From assembly GCA_028023455.1 (NCBI GenBank), contig JAQFVV010000001.1:7378001-7442000 (forward strand): a stretch of DNA of 64,000 bases, given 5' to 3'. Within the stretch, counting starts at the first letter, position 1. Each line of letters opens with the position of its first letter. The notes under the pieces are model-generated. The model made no database searches and was not told the origin of the DNA. It saw nothing but the letters and a program-made list of their open reading frames with translations. The DNA is from Epiperipatus broadwayi. Its lineage: Eukaryota > Animalia > Onychophora. A program made the position numbers and the translations under genes. This document shows, in pieces, positions 25,401 through 40,400 of this stretch.

Positions 25401-28400
25401 CATAATGGAGATAATTTTAGAAAAATTAGAAAGCCTGGAACTCTGAATTCAGGAAATGGATGAGAGGTTCGAAATGAGATTTCAGAATATAGAACAGAGA
25501 CTAGGGATGGAAAGCGAAAATAGTCAAGGGAAAAGGGAGTATGAGGGCAAGGAAGGAGAAAGTAAGGAAAAGACTGAGAAGTCGAACAATAAAGAAATGG
25601 GGGGAGTTTAGATGAATGAGAGGGGAGTGTAAAATAGGAAGCCGAAGGCTTGTGAGGCTGAATGAACAGGGAACATGGTAAAATGTATGGATATGGCAAT
25701 GCATGCCAACGTGAACCAGTTCTTGAAGATACGGCCATTTGAAGGCCAAATGGGGGAAGCTCTCGTGGAACATCTGCAAAGCCTACGAAGATATTTTGGT
25801 ATGAATCCCATGCCAGAGGAAAGGAAATTAGTGATAGCATGTAGTAATCTAAGCGGGAATGCCCAAGTGTGGTAGGACTTGTTGTCCCAACAACCCACAA
25901 CTTCCGAGGAGTACCAGAAGATATGGGAGACTTTCTGATCGGAAGATCGCCAGGAGCTCATACAATACCAAGTTATGCAAGAGAAATATGAGGAAGGGAA
26001 GCAAGAAAATTTTTCTCAATTCTTTCATTGCCAGTTGGTGAGACTGAGAACACTGGACGCGTGTAATTTGTCAGGTCACATCATAAGGCACAAGGTGCCT
26101 ATGGGGGGTAGAAAGAATGACGTTGGGGATGAGAAAGACATCTATTGGAAAGGTGGCAGAGCTACTTAATGCACTGGACATGAGCACGTATGACCAAAGC
26201 ATACCGTTGAAACAAGGAAAGGAAGTCCAAGATAAGCAAAATGCTAGGCTTGGGGTGGAAGAAGGATGATACAATGGGGATGCGATGTATAGAACAAGAT
26301 GTGATGATAATTACGAACCGAGATGGCAGTACAAGCCAGAAGTTTGGCGTCCACCAGACAAGCCAAATTACACTCAAGGAAAGGGGCCGTGGCCACCGAA
26401 GCAAAAGGGTGGTACAGATAAAGGATAGATAAGAGGTGGTTCAGAAGCCATTCAAATACAGACAGTATTTGAAGGCTATTGCACCAGGGGGTATTGTAAC
26501 AGTAGCTGGGTTCGAATACGGGTACTAAATGAAGTAAAAGGCAATAATGATTACAAAAGTGTTTATTGCGGTTGTTATTATGGATTGAATTAATAGATGC
26601 GAGAAAATTTATAGATATACATTCGAACCCTGTTACAAAAGAGTGTGAGTGAAATACATTAACCATTTAAAGGCATGAACGTATACATATATATTTATTA
26701 CATGTGTTGTTGTGATGTTGCATAGAATTAATTACTAACAGATAGATTTGTATGTGAAGATGAAGAGGAGCGGTTATGTGCGGAGTTGTAATTTTATATT
26801 TTTGTTTTATATATTTTGTTGTTTATTACTGTAAGTTATAGTTATTGAAATAATATTACTAGTAGTGCCTGTTTCTTAATGAAAGCAAATTAAAAATAAG
26901 GCTGGAGAGAGTAATAAAAGGGTGTTGCAAGTTGTGCCATGGGCGATTTCTGTTAATGACACTTGTCAGAATTCCAAGAACTGGCCATTAAGTATTTTGG
27001 AATAATGGAAACCTGATCATGCTAAAAGCATTCCTGAGGTAATGGTCATCAGCATATGGATAGAAAAAAAAGTGAGATGAAAGAGAGATAAAAGAAAAGA
27101 ACTATATCATTATTTTTTTATTTTTGAAGTGATTCGGAAAAGTGACCATTATAGAGAAAGAAGCGCGGAAAGTAAATTTTAATAAAGTGATTTTATTAAT
27201 TAATAAAAATTAATAAGAATGGATTCAACGAAATGGTGGGGTAAAAGATTGGGGTAGTGTACAGCTGTTTGTGACCTGCATGCCATGACCTTTATCTATG
27301 GAGATTTTAGCCATCTATTTCAAGCAAGTGAAGTGATCAGGGAACTGCAAACAGCAAGAACTTTTGTGCACTCAATTTTAGAATCACCTACCTAACATCT
27401 AGGATGGATTATCACATGTGAAAATATTATGGAATCTTTCATCATCTTCCAGACCAACAATTCTCACTAGAACAATCACCATTGTAATACTGTAAACTTA
27501 CAGATCATCTGCTTTAAACACACGAATGTTCATCCTCAAAGGAGGTAATTATAACTTTCTGTATATTGAATGAACATATAATAGTTTACTACTAAATTAA
27601 GAAATGTGCGCTTTATTCCAACTTAAAGAAAAGAATTATAGAAAATAGATTAAATTTTTTTAATAAATACAATTCTGACGCATAGTTGCACTCTTTCATG
27701 AATGTGTATATCGATATTATATATGTGTATTGGAATGACTGAGTCATATGCTTGAGATATTAGTATATACGTGTATTAATAAATATTAGAATTTTAAGCT
27801 ATAACTTGTGTATTTATTTGAATTACAAGATTCTTATAATTTCTGAGTTATTATTTATCAAAGCTTATTGATATTCATGCTCGTATATCTCTAAAAGAAA
27901 TAAAATAATAAGATTCATTGGGCATATAGGAAAATTTATAAAAGTATATAAATGACATTGCTTTGTAGATAATCTTGGCTTCGTTCTCCCGATAGACATT
28001 GTCTCCCAGACCTTGAGACTGAGCTAGTCTGGATAAGGCACCCAAAAAGGGTCCACTGGACCTTTTCTTTTGTTTTCGAAGGGTATAATTCTTATTAATT
28101 GGTAAGATTGGTGCTTGAGGTCAGACTTGTTTAATGCTCATAAATATACCTACTCGAAGCAGGATAATAACCTGTTCTTAAATTCTTAGAATAGTCACAG
28201 GTAGACTGTTAAAGTATAGAAGAGATTAAGATGATATAGTAATTAGGATATCTTCTTGATATTCTGTGATCTATGATTTGACTCTGCATTATATAAAACA
28301 TGAACATTTTTTTTTTTTATGTTCTAAATAATCCTAAGATGTTGAATCTAGTTGGTGATCCAATTGTTCAGTTAATGGTTATATCATTCTTATCTAGAGG

Positions 28401-31400
28401 CTAAAAGAAACCTTTTCTTTCACTGTTGTTCAATTTATAGAGCTAATATGATTTGTTCTGCACTAGGCTATTATCTATATATATTAGAAGATTTTCATGA
28501 ATTTTTATATAGATATGAATAATTTAACAAGAGTTCTTTGTTATTTTTTAGTCAAATTTCAGCTGTGATATCATTGCAAACTGAAATCTGTTAATAGTAT
28601 TTGATTTACCTTAAAACTAAAAGTGGAACCATTTTTAGTTTATTTTAGATTATGTAAGATTTGTAGATGAGATATTAATGCTTTATATTATATGTAAAAA
28701 CTAAAAATGTTACAACTTCCTAAATATATTTGTAAATAAACAAATCTTTCTCATAAAAAAATTATATATCATAAATTAGAAGATTTTTATATCTAAAAGT
28801 CTATGAAATCTTTTAATTATTATTATAATGGGTAAAGTATTTTGAGATGTAATTTCACTAAAAGGTGTCATTAGATAATAAATCTAGACCTTTTTCCTAT
28901 ACCAAATTGTTTTTAATATTTTTGACTATTGAAAGCAAATCCTAAAGAAAGAAATTAAGTTTTCCAGCAAACTCACCCTTACACACAAACGTTAGGAAGC
29001 CATAAATTGTGAAAAAAATTTCTTCCAACTAATAAATCCTGGATAAAAGAGAAAAGTTTATCCAGCATAAATCACAGATAGTATATTTAGCATATTAATA
29101 TTTTATATAATTTTATTCAAATTATTAATCAAGTAATGACCAATAATAAAATAAAATCTATATTTAACAAATAAAATAATTTATTAAAAAAAAATGTTGT
29201 TGTAACAGCTTTTAAATATTCAAGTTCACATATTAAAATCAACAAATGCACACATGATTGACAAGCCATCATATTGTCAAACTAAATCTAGCCAGCACTG
29301 ATGTAAATAGTTGATAATTCAGCAACCTATAGTCTGAGGTCTTATAAGAGGAAGCAATGGGTGTAATGCCTAATAAAGATAAGATAAATTCGATTCAGAA
29401 AATAACATGTAAAATAATGTAATTAAAAGTGCAACTATATTTAAGATGACGTATATAAAATCTTAAAATCAATACTAATTCATCGTTCTAGCATACTTCT
29501 TAATATATCAAGGCATCACCCATGCTCTTATAAAAGTATTTATTACAAAACCAAGTTGTTATAAAAATGAAGCCATAGGGAATTTACAACTGGTAGTTAT
29601 AATATCAATCTAAACACATTCGATAACACAATATCCAAACTGTTAATACATGCAACATTGGCCAACTGTCATATACAAAATAAATACTTAGCAATTAAAC
29701 GTCATGCCATTTCAAACCTTATACACTTCAACAATACTATTTTTTATATTAAAACTTTATTCTTACAGTTTCAACTAAAACATCATTATAAACTTAAAAT
29801 TATAAGTAATTATCTTTAAATAACAAAGATATATTTTACAATGTGCATCAAAATATGATGTCAGTATAATTTCATAAATAATAAATTATTTCTCAACGTT
29901 TATACAATATTTTGATTATTTTAATAGAATATTTGAAAAGATTAATTTAAATACACATCACAAAATATAAATTTATACAATATTTAGAACTGATAGCAAG
30001 TTAATAGTAATTAATAGTTGTATAAGGACAAATATTTATCAGCAAGTTTATTTTTAAAAAAATATATATTTCCCAAAAGATTTTTAAATTGCTTTTATTT
30101 ACTGTATTTTATTTATCAGTAAAGTTCAGTTTTCCTTTGGCAATTGATTTGAAGAAACTGATAAAAGCAATAAACAAAAACAGATGATTTTGTCCACTAT
30201 GGCAATCCATTTTTAGATATACAAACACAAGACAGACTTGTACAAAGTTGAAGAAAATAATACTTTTTGTTACAAATATCAATGATGGTATAGGTTGCTA
30301 GATGGCACTGTTGCTAGTAAAAAAACATTGAAATATAAAATTATCTGGCCGTGCACATATTATTGAATATCGTGTTTTGATCTTAATTTTTTTTTATTAA
30401 ATAAATAATAAAGAACATCATCTTTGTTCTTACCTTTATTAAACAACTGATTCCACATATTATTAAATATTGTGTTTTCATTTTAATTTTTTTTTTTTTT
30501 ATTAAATAAAATAAATAGTCAAGAATGTTGTCTTTGTTCTTACTTTTTTTTTTTGATATATTATTAAAGAAGTGATTCTTTTTTTTTTTTTTGATATATT
30601 ATAAAAGAACTGATTAAAAAAATAAAATCAATAGTAAAGAATGCCTTTTTTAAAATAAATAAATTAAAAAACAGATTAAATATCGTGTTAGGATCTTAAT
30701 TTTTTTTTTTTTTTTTAAAATAAATCAAGTAAATAGTAAAGAACGTTCTTTTTTCTTACCTTTTTTTTTTGACATATTATTAAACAAGTCATATATTTTA
30801 CAAACTGTATAGTAAACGAGTTACTATAGTTTACTTTTTTTTTTCAATTTATGCAATTCATAAGGCTCAATAGCAATCATTTGGAGAGTAAGAACAGGGT
30901 GCTTGAACTAAGTGTGACTTGTGAGAAATTAGCAGAACACACTACAGGTTATTACAGCCTACCTCAAAAACGGTATATTTAACTGTTTTTGAGTAGGAAC
31001 AGCACCATCCAGCAACCTGTACCATCGTTGATACTTGTATGATAATGGTTTTTCAACAGTTGATAGTTTGAAAAGTATTCCTATTCATATTGATTGAAGA
31101 GATAGAAGAATAAATTATCCATTTGAGTTGTGTCCATCCTTTTGGGATTAAAAATTATCTACTTAGAAATTCATTTTACAGAGCTTAAAATTTATTTTTT
31201 TATAAAGACTGATGATTCATGTGATCAAATCAGTATTACAAGAAATTATTCTTGGCAAAGAGCCAACAGAATAATATATGAATTCGCAGTTCATAATTTA
31301 GAATATTTAATAAAAAAATTATATCAGTTCTTTACAATTAATATTTTAAATATAAAGAATTGATTTCAATACAAAATAATATTTTGCAAGAAAATCAAGT

Positions 31401-34400
31401 CATATATCACATGACTTAATTTAATAAGCTTGTATACAAATGTTAATAATATTTTGTAGAATTATAAAATACATTAACTTTTTAAATTTTACTTTAATAA
31501 AATCAACTTTTATAAATAGTGTGCATAATGTTTTTAAATAATATAATATTTTAAACACACTCAGTGATGTCATATTTTTTAAATCATTAAATAAACTTTC
31601 TTTTCCATACATTTTTAAAATTTATATACCAATGAAATATATTTCTAAGTATGTATATATATCTAAAAGTTCATGAAAATCTTTTAATTATTATATATAA
31701 CTATTTATAGGAGAGGCTTGTTTATTAGCCCTTTATACTATCTAGATAAATGAAAATAGATTTCACTTTTAATTTAAAGGTCAGTTAGACTGCATATTTT
31801 CAGTTAACAATACTAATTTATAATTGGTTTGTTGCTTGATAACATCATAATTGAAATTTGTCTAAAAATATACTAAAAATCCCATTATCAATATTTAAAT
31901 ATATATATATAATTAATACTATAACTATAAAAAAAATTAGTTACATCGTTTCTTTTATCATGAAGATGCAGCATAAAATGAAAGTATTTAAAACATTTCT
32001 CTAAATCTATTATTTATTATACATACTTATAATTGTTGCAAACTATAATTAAATATGCCATTATGAGTAAATTTTATCATTTTTTGTAAATGTTATTAAT
32101 ATATTTAAGAAATCTGTTAACATTAGAATAATATTTTGTTCTTAAATGCTTTTTAAAAAAAATTGATTGCTCTCTTGTTATTTAGTATAGTGGTAGAGAG
32201 GCAGAAACTAAATGTTTCAGGATCAGTTCTTAACTGAATAGCAAAAAAAAAAAAACCTCAGATCTGCCAATTGAAAGAAAATAATATGCTCAATCTGCAT
32301 TAGGGTCTGTCACATGATCTTTCAACCAACTAACTATATGATTATTTATTTTGAATATGACTTCTGTTATGAAGAAATTTTTAAATATTCATACTTTTCT
32401 GATATTTGGTTACTATATTAAAAATTTCAGAAGAACTAGTCTTGGAAAGATACCTCCTAGAAGACCTCTAAGTGGACCTGAAGTAAAAGCAGGACCACCT
32501 AAACCTCCACGATTTGTTCCAGTTATTTTACCAGTTGATTGTGTAAGTATTATTTTTTCATATCTTTTTGTCAATCTTTTTTTTATTCTATTATAAATGC
32601 ACTGAGTGGCTAACTGTTTAGATGTGATATGTTTTTCATTATTGATTTTTTTTAATCAGTTCTCATACAGGTTTTGATTCTTTAAAACATGTAATAGAAT
32701 CAACTAGTGTTTTTTGCAAAAAAGTTTGATGGACTTAAAATTATCAATTGATTCTTTATAATTTTGATAACATTATAATAGCAATTTTTAAAATTTGACA
32801 AATAATTATTGAGGAATATCTTAAAATTAGTTTTAAGAAATTTATATTAATGTGATTAGAACAGCTATATAGCAATTGGTGAATTTGGAAATGAAATAAA
32901 AAAGTTACAATAAATAACATATTTATATATACATATTTATGGTATTTTAAAAATCTATGTTTTTAATTAAAATAATTTTCAAATGTACATTTTTTTTTCT
33001 CATACAACTACATATGTACTTTTAACATTAAATATATAGAAAAGTTATGTATATCTAAAATATAATTTCATTAAATGAACTTTATCATTCCATGAACAAC
33101 TGTTAGTTAAGTTAGTTGTCTTTAACACAAGTATGAAATTTGTCTCACTAAAATTTTATGAATTTTTAAAGATGTAATTTACTCTTTTAATATCAAATAT
33201 AATTTATTTGGTAAATTTTTAAATGAAAATGCCACAACCCCCCCCCCCCCACACACAGAAACACTTGATTTAAATGTAGTATAAAAATACATACATATGT
33301 TAAATCACATATTTGTCTCTTAAGTGTAGATTTTCACAGAAATGAATAGACTTTTTTGAATTATTAGTATAATGAGATCAGTTTGAATTTTTTTTTTTTT
33401 AATAGTTATGATTATTTTTTAATTCATTAAAATTAGATATTAATATTTGATCATTTTCTCAAATACTTTTTTTTTTAGTTGTTATATTTTTTTCACTAAA
33501 CTATAATATTTATGAAATATATCTTTTTTTTTTTAATAAATGAAGCATACCATAAAACAATTTAAAAGAGTTTTATTTAAGTCAAAAATAAAAATAAAAA
33601 TGTGACAGTTGAAAACATTTATTTCAGGGGTGGGCAAACTTTTTTCGCTGAGGGTCACATTGTCTTTCGTAACATGGGTAGCAAGTAACATAAATAGAAA
33701 TATTATTTGAAAACATAATTTTCATACAAATTTATTAAATATGTTTACATATATTACAAAAATATATAACAAAAAAATATTTTATTTTCTTATTAATGAT
33801 ATTTATGTAATTGTCTACATTTCTGCTCTAAACTGTCTCATTCTGGATTGAGACTACTCCTATACATAAAATTGCATTTAAATTTGAATCTGACAAAACA
33901 AACCTATTCTTTGATTTGTTTATATTCATACAGGAGAATGTCTGTTCACAAATATATAATGAAGCAAACAGTATAAACATTTTTTGGGCAAAGGTTTTCA
34001 AATTACAAAATTTTTGTGAAGATGCATAAAAATCAGCGAGTGTCATATTCATAAAAATTTCCTTCAGTGCATTATCTGATTGAAGAGCTATCAATTCAAA
34101 TTGCAAATCATCTAATACTGTTTCTACATTACTGATAAATGGATAACATAACAAATTAAATTCATTATCCAGTGATTTAAAATCGGCAAAACACTTTGAA
34201 AACTCTTCTCTTTGATGGCGATGGCATAGCATGTCAGCAACAGGATTGTTATATGTGGCAAGGGCTTTATCGGCACAGCATCCTATAATACAAGGGAATT
34301 CCATACTGCACCAGAACTGGGCAGAGAAATTACAGTGATCTACTCATTCATAGCATGATGTAATTTAACAATTTAAAACTTTACAAATAAAATTCTAAAC

Positions 34401-37400
34401 TCTACAAGAAGTGTCTTCTTTCTGAAGTTTACAGTAATAACTAACTAATCCCTTCTTCTTTGCCTCTCTCTATATGTAGCTCAAAACAAAAGCTTGCTGT
34501 TCTTTAAATTAATTAATTAAATAAAATTAAGAAAAATTTTTTTCTTTATTATCTATTGATTAGAATCTTAATGCAATTTAATTTTTGAAATTTTATTAAT
34601 TGCATTTCTTAATTAAATTCCATCTTTAATTTTATCTGATTCTACAATAATTATGTTTTGTCACCTTTTCCCTAAATAATTACAAAAATTAAAATTTAAT
34701 TTGTACATTAAAATTTTTTAATATTTTCAAATTAATAACATGTATATATATGACTGCTTCAGTATAGATAAAAAATTGTCATGATAAAGTATGGAAAAAA
34801 GTGCAGCTTTCAATCTTCATTTTTTTGAATGAGTGAATTATTTGAGTTGATAAACCTGTCCTCAGATATACTAAACAATTTTTACATATTTATGGTCATT
34901 GAAGGCTGCATCTAAAGTACAGTGTAGAAATTAAGGATTGTTATATATATATTTTATTTTGTAATGTTTTTGGTGTCTAATTAATTTAACATTTATAAAT
35001 ATTGTAAAAAGTATATATATATTATTAGTAAATTGATATGTTTATTTTAAAATTGCTTTTTATATGTCTGCTGCCTGTTTGTGAAATCTTGTAACTAAAT
35101 TTTCATCCACTTCCCCATTTCTTAATTAGTTGAAACTTTGCATACATATGTGTTCCTAATAACAATGTATTTTTTAGAGTTTGCAAACAATTTTAGCAAA
35201 AAAAAAAAAGTTAAAAATTAAAATTTTTAATTTTATATATGATTAAATATTTTTTACAATTGCTATCTAGCAGTATTATTATAAAAAGAAAAATTAATGA
35301 TTTATTTACCATTAATTTTTCTTTTTATAAATAATAGGGGAAACAATCATTGAAACAGAATATTATTCACCATTTTACGTACTGAAGTTTCAGTTTTTTA
35401 AATAAAATGATACATCATGAGATCTCCACATAGATAATTACAAAGAATATTTTGCAATAAAAATATATATATATAAAACTTTGTTGAGACTTGATAATTT
35501 TTTCTTTATCATTTTAGTATCTTTAAATAACATGGAAAATGGCTACCTAAATAATGAAAAAGATGCCATTTAAATTTATGAACTATGGGGAGATTTTTGA
35601 CCCTTAATTAATTTTTATTAATTTTACTTAAGTGAATGAAATAATTATTTAAAAAGTTACTATTGTATTAAAAAATAGCTCTAAATTTGTCAATAAATTT
35701 TAAATTTGTTTTCTAGTTTTAAAAAATGTTATAAAACTAAAAAATAAAATAATTTTTTTTTTTAAAAAACATGCATGAAAAAAAAAAGCATGCTAAAAAA
35801 TAAAATTTCGACTTTCATGCACACTTTTATTTTGGTTGCATAATATCAAGAATTCTGAAAAATGGAAGAAAATTTATTTTTTAGTGCATTTATGTAAAAA
35901 TATATATATTAAATATAAAATAAAAATAGACAAATGTAACTATTTCGCTGTTTAATAAATATATTAAAAAAGAGATTGTAATAATCATTTTGTTAATGAT
36001 AGATTATAATTACATTAGCATGTTTTTGTTAAATCAATAGCTATAAATCATTTATTACATGCATTTTGAATATATCGATTTATTATATATTTATATCTTC
36101 ATAAACTTTTGGGTATTTCAATTTTTTAGCTCTCCAATTTGCATCATGCCTGTAAACAATTTCTATGTTTATTTATATGTAAATGCACTTATTGAAATCA
36201 CTGTATATTTCAAATAATTTTTTCATAGTTTTGAATATTGTTACAATCACTGCAGTATTAAGAATTATTTTAACTACAGAAAAAAGAAGAAACATCTGCT
36301 ATTTATGGTTAGATTCATTATTCTTTTTTTTTTGTAGACTGAAAAGTCAAAGGCAGTTGCTGTGTATGATTTCAATTCTACCCATCCTGATGAATTAACT
36401 TTTAAAGTAAGAACTATTATTATTATCATTAATGTAATTGCTATTAGTAATTGGTGGTGAAGTGGAAATAGCTTACACTAATTTTTTTTGTCTTTAATAG
36501 CTGATACCTTCACTTTTTTCAGTTCTCATTATTTTTCCTCATTATAAATATATATTTTTATTAATAATGATTTTAAAGATTAAAAAAACCGCTTCTTTTT
36601 CTCTGGACAATTATTATAAAGATATATTTGTAATACTAGTTTTACCCCGCCCCCCAATTAATGAAACAATGCGGGTAAAGAAGAGAAGCTATATACAGAA
36701 ATTAATGGACTAAACTCACAATCTTCATTTTACAGAGAATCAATTGTAATTAAAAATGATGAATTAATTATAAAATTTTAAATTTTCATTATGAGACATT
36801 TTGAAGTGACTTTGGAAATTTACACTATAGGTAAGGATCATTAAAATTTAGGAAGTAACTTTAAAATTGAGAAGTTAGAATAAACTGTGTTAAAAAAAAA
36901 GAAAGACAATGGCACATTAATATTGCTGGAATTTATTTCCTAGTTAATAAGTCTGTATTTAGCCAAAAAAATTAAATATTTATATACATTCTAAAGATGA
37001 CTGAAATCATGAATTTGGAAAACATTCTCATCATTATTAAAAAATCAGATATTTCTAATAAATGAGGCCAAGATTAATTGCTACTTAAGTTAGTAATCTA
37101 AAAGTTTTTCTGCTCAGAGATTTTTACTTTTTTTGATTTTTTAAAAAAAAAAATCACACTTTCATTAAGAGTATAATAAAAGTCCAAATTCTATAGAAAA
37201 TATTATTTTCATACAAATTATGCCTCCATTGTTTACTTAAGTGAAGCTTCAAATGACTGTCAAGTACATGTGTACTCTTAGCTATGATGCAGACTATAAA
37301 TAATTTTTTAACAAATTTAAATAACCATTATAAAATATCATAAAAAATATTCATGTAGTCTGAGATAAATAAAAACTGATGAGTCTTGATTTATATACAT

Positions 37401-40400
37401 CTTTTTGAATTATCAGGAATTATTTATTTAAATGTGGATTTATGTAAGATTTGTGCAGGTAGAATACTGCCTGCCTGTATATATACATGAACACACAATC
37501 CATCTTTATATTCCATTGGCTTAAGTTTGGAATATGTAGTTAGCTGTTTAAATTTGTTTATATCTTTTTCCCATAATATTCAAATCCTAAATTATGCACT
37601 TTGTACAAAAGTATAATAGCATTTTGAAGAACAATATAAGTAATTACAAAAAAAATCTAATTTTTTTTTTGTGTATATATCAATAAATGTAATTTTAAAA
37701 GGCTATTATTTTAAATTCATAATGCTTGTTATAAACTGTAATTAGTTGGCTTTTAAGTAGTTATTGGGAAATAATTAATAGTGTATTAACTATTGATTAA
37801 AATTGATTTCAAAAACTTTTGGGTGTGGATATTGCCTAATTTATTTAGTTCTTAACAAAAACCTTTAACATGATTATTGGGAACTAATGTTTAGTGATTC
37901 AAGCAATTGCTCTGGAGAATGGTTACTAACAACAATAAAAAAAAATTTTTTTTTGTTTGGAATTTCAATTAACTACTCCCAATTATAATCTTTAAATGTT
38001 TACCCTGTGTCCTGCTTGCAGGCCAGTGACGTCATATTTTTACTCTATCGAATAAATATTGAATGGTTATATGGAACTATAAGGGATAGAGAAGGTATGT
38101 TTCCTGAAAGTTTTGTTCATGTTGTCAAGGCATTACCTGGTGATAAGGTAAGAAAAACATAAATTGATTGTAGATTTTTTTGTTTCATTTATAATAATGA
38201 AAGAAAATTAATATGGTTAATCTCATGTTAAATTTACAAGTTTTTTCATTTGAGGGTCAAGGATTTCTAATGATAAAACTTTTTTCCAGATATATTATCA
38301 TATATTTGATAATCACATAGCTATGAATTATATAATATAAATCTTCAGTGGCTTAAATGCTTTGATAGATTATTATTTATTTGGAAATTTTAAGTTAGGA
38401 ATTGATGAAGAAATATTATATATATTCAGGACTACTGTAAAAGAATTAAATAATTTCATAGTATTGAGTACCATTTGTATGATATACATACATTAAAATA
38501 TGAAGGAAGCGAAAACCTATTATTAAAAATTATAATATTGATATTCTTAGTGATTTGGTTTCACAAACAGCAATTAATATTGATTTTGAATTTAAATATG
38601 CATACTTATATTGAGAAAAAGTAATTTACAGAAACTCATTATTGTTTTTACAGTTGATGGATAACAAAAACTTCAGGCTTATGCTAATCACATTACTTTC
38701 ATGAAGTTTACAGTTGCAATAGTGAAGAATAATGAGTACAGCAGACACACATCATTTTTATGATGGGTTTAGCAATCATCAAATCTGTTATCCAAACACT
38801 TTGCAAAAATTACATCAAGGATGCAGTAGTTGTTCAATTTTTAACACACATTTGATATTTGAGAATTTAAATCACTAGGATTGTTGTCACCTTTGATAGC
38901 ATTATACTTACAAAAGTAAAAGAGAAAGTGGACTTTTTTATTGATACATCTCATATGAAAATCTATAAAATCTGGGATTTTTGTCTTCAATTTATTCAGT
39001 TTTCCAGCATGAACCTATAATGTTTTAAATATTTCTTAAAAAAATTGCCCAAATTTTTTGCAGTAATTATATATATCATTATTTATTTTCATGCAGGAAA
39101 GAATAATAATTGATCACATTTTTACATGTCCTTGATCATCATTAGGGAAAATTTCAAATTGATTGAAATGACTGAATATTATTGTAATAATATATATTGA
39201 CTGAAATCAGAATGAATGCCATTAGCAAATTGTTTACTTCATAAAAATGCAGACTGATTCCTTGTATACATCTATTTCATTGCCATCTTGATTAGTAGGT
39301 ATCCAGGCAGCATATAGAGCCACAAATATAATTGCTATGGATCTTATGTATATATTTTTAATCAGAAATGTAAATACAGTATGCATGGTCGTAATTAATT
39401 TTGAATATAGAAACAATGATGCTAACATTCAATTCAGTTTAAAAATTTAGGAGCTACATTTCCTTTTTAATCATTTTATTTATAAAATACATTTTAGTTT
39501 ATTTCTTATTATTTAGTTATTAAGATTTATAAGTTTATTTAAATTATATTATAAGACTGCCTTATGTTTGTAGTTTATGAGTTCAGAATCAGTTAATACA
39601 TGTTTTGTATTTATTTGTTTGTCAATATAGGATTTACAATAGTAAAGCACACATTAGTCTTTTTAATTATATATAAGATCAAACATTTATTAATCAGTCT
39701 ATTGCTTACATATGCATTTTTATGAATCAAACTGCTAAAAATGTTAATATCAATTTTAGTTCAAAAATACTAATATCATACATTATTCGTATAATATATT
39801 TATTTTTCTCATTAATATGTATGTATATTGTTTAAATGCCATATTTTTCATCAATCACTTAAAACAATCATTTTTCAAAAAATATATAAATGATCAATAA
39901 TCACTCTTTATATGATTGGAAATTATTATATTTCATTTAAAGTTAATTATAGCTTTAAATGTATAGAGATATGAACAATCTCTATTTTTTAAAAATTCTT
40001 TTGTCTTTCTACTTGTGCATCATAATCTTATTTATAATTAATAGTTCATTCTTTAAGTTTCAAACACGATTGCAACCATTAGGAAAACTGTGCCAGTCGT
40101 TTCCAAAATACAATTTGACCAAACACTTCTCAGTTAAAATGTTATTTCACATAAGAAAATTATTTATAAATATCTTAGTTTTCAAATGATACATTTAAAA
40201 CTAAAATTCAAGCAATTAGTTGTATATAAGATTGTGGTGCATGATAATATTACATTTATATTTAAATTTTATTAAAATTAAAGCCTATATGTAAAAGTAA
40301 ATGAACCATAATAATTTCTAACCCAATAAAGAATGATTAATCATTTATATATTTATTAAGAGATGAAGCAATATGGATAAGTGTTTTCTGGAAAATGTTT

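Larger units (their letters stand above)
23092..28213 (+). mobile_element. Gag-only non-autonomous Gypsy-type LTR retrotransposon (Osvaldo-clade-like), 5122 bp
   Basis: Two ~1.7-kb direct LTRs, 4-bp TSD GTAT (23088-23091 / 28214-28217), PBS-like TGGCTTCCCAACG at 24832, PPT aggggg just before the 3' LTR, degenerate gag, and no protease/RT/RH/IN motifs. Confidence 0.88.

Noticed and set aside
25244-25961. Minus-strand ORFs of 218, 92 and 117 aa
   Set aside because: Antisense shadows of the purine-rich gag strand (F/L/S/P-rich, no motifs).
36632-36685. ACTAG plus ttttaccccgc/gcgggtaaa hairpin, resembling a Helitron end
   Set aside because: No second end or recognisable body.
38654-38703. Acceptor-like ttttacag as an alternative exon after exon D
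   Set aside because: All three frames hit a stop within 17 codons and I see no donor before the stop.
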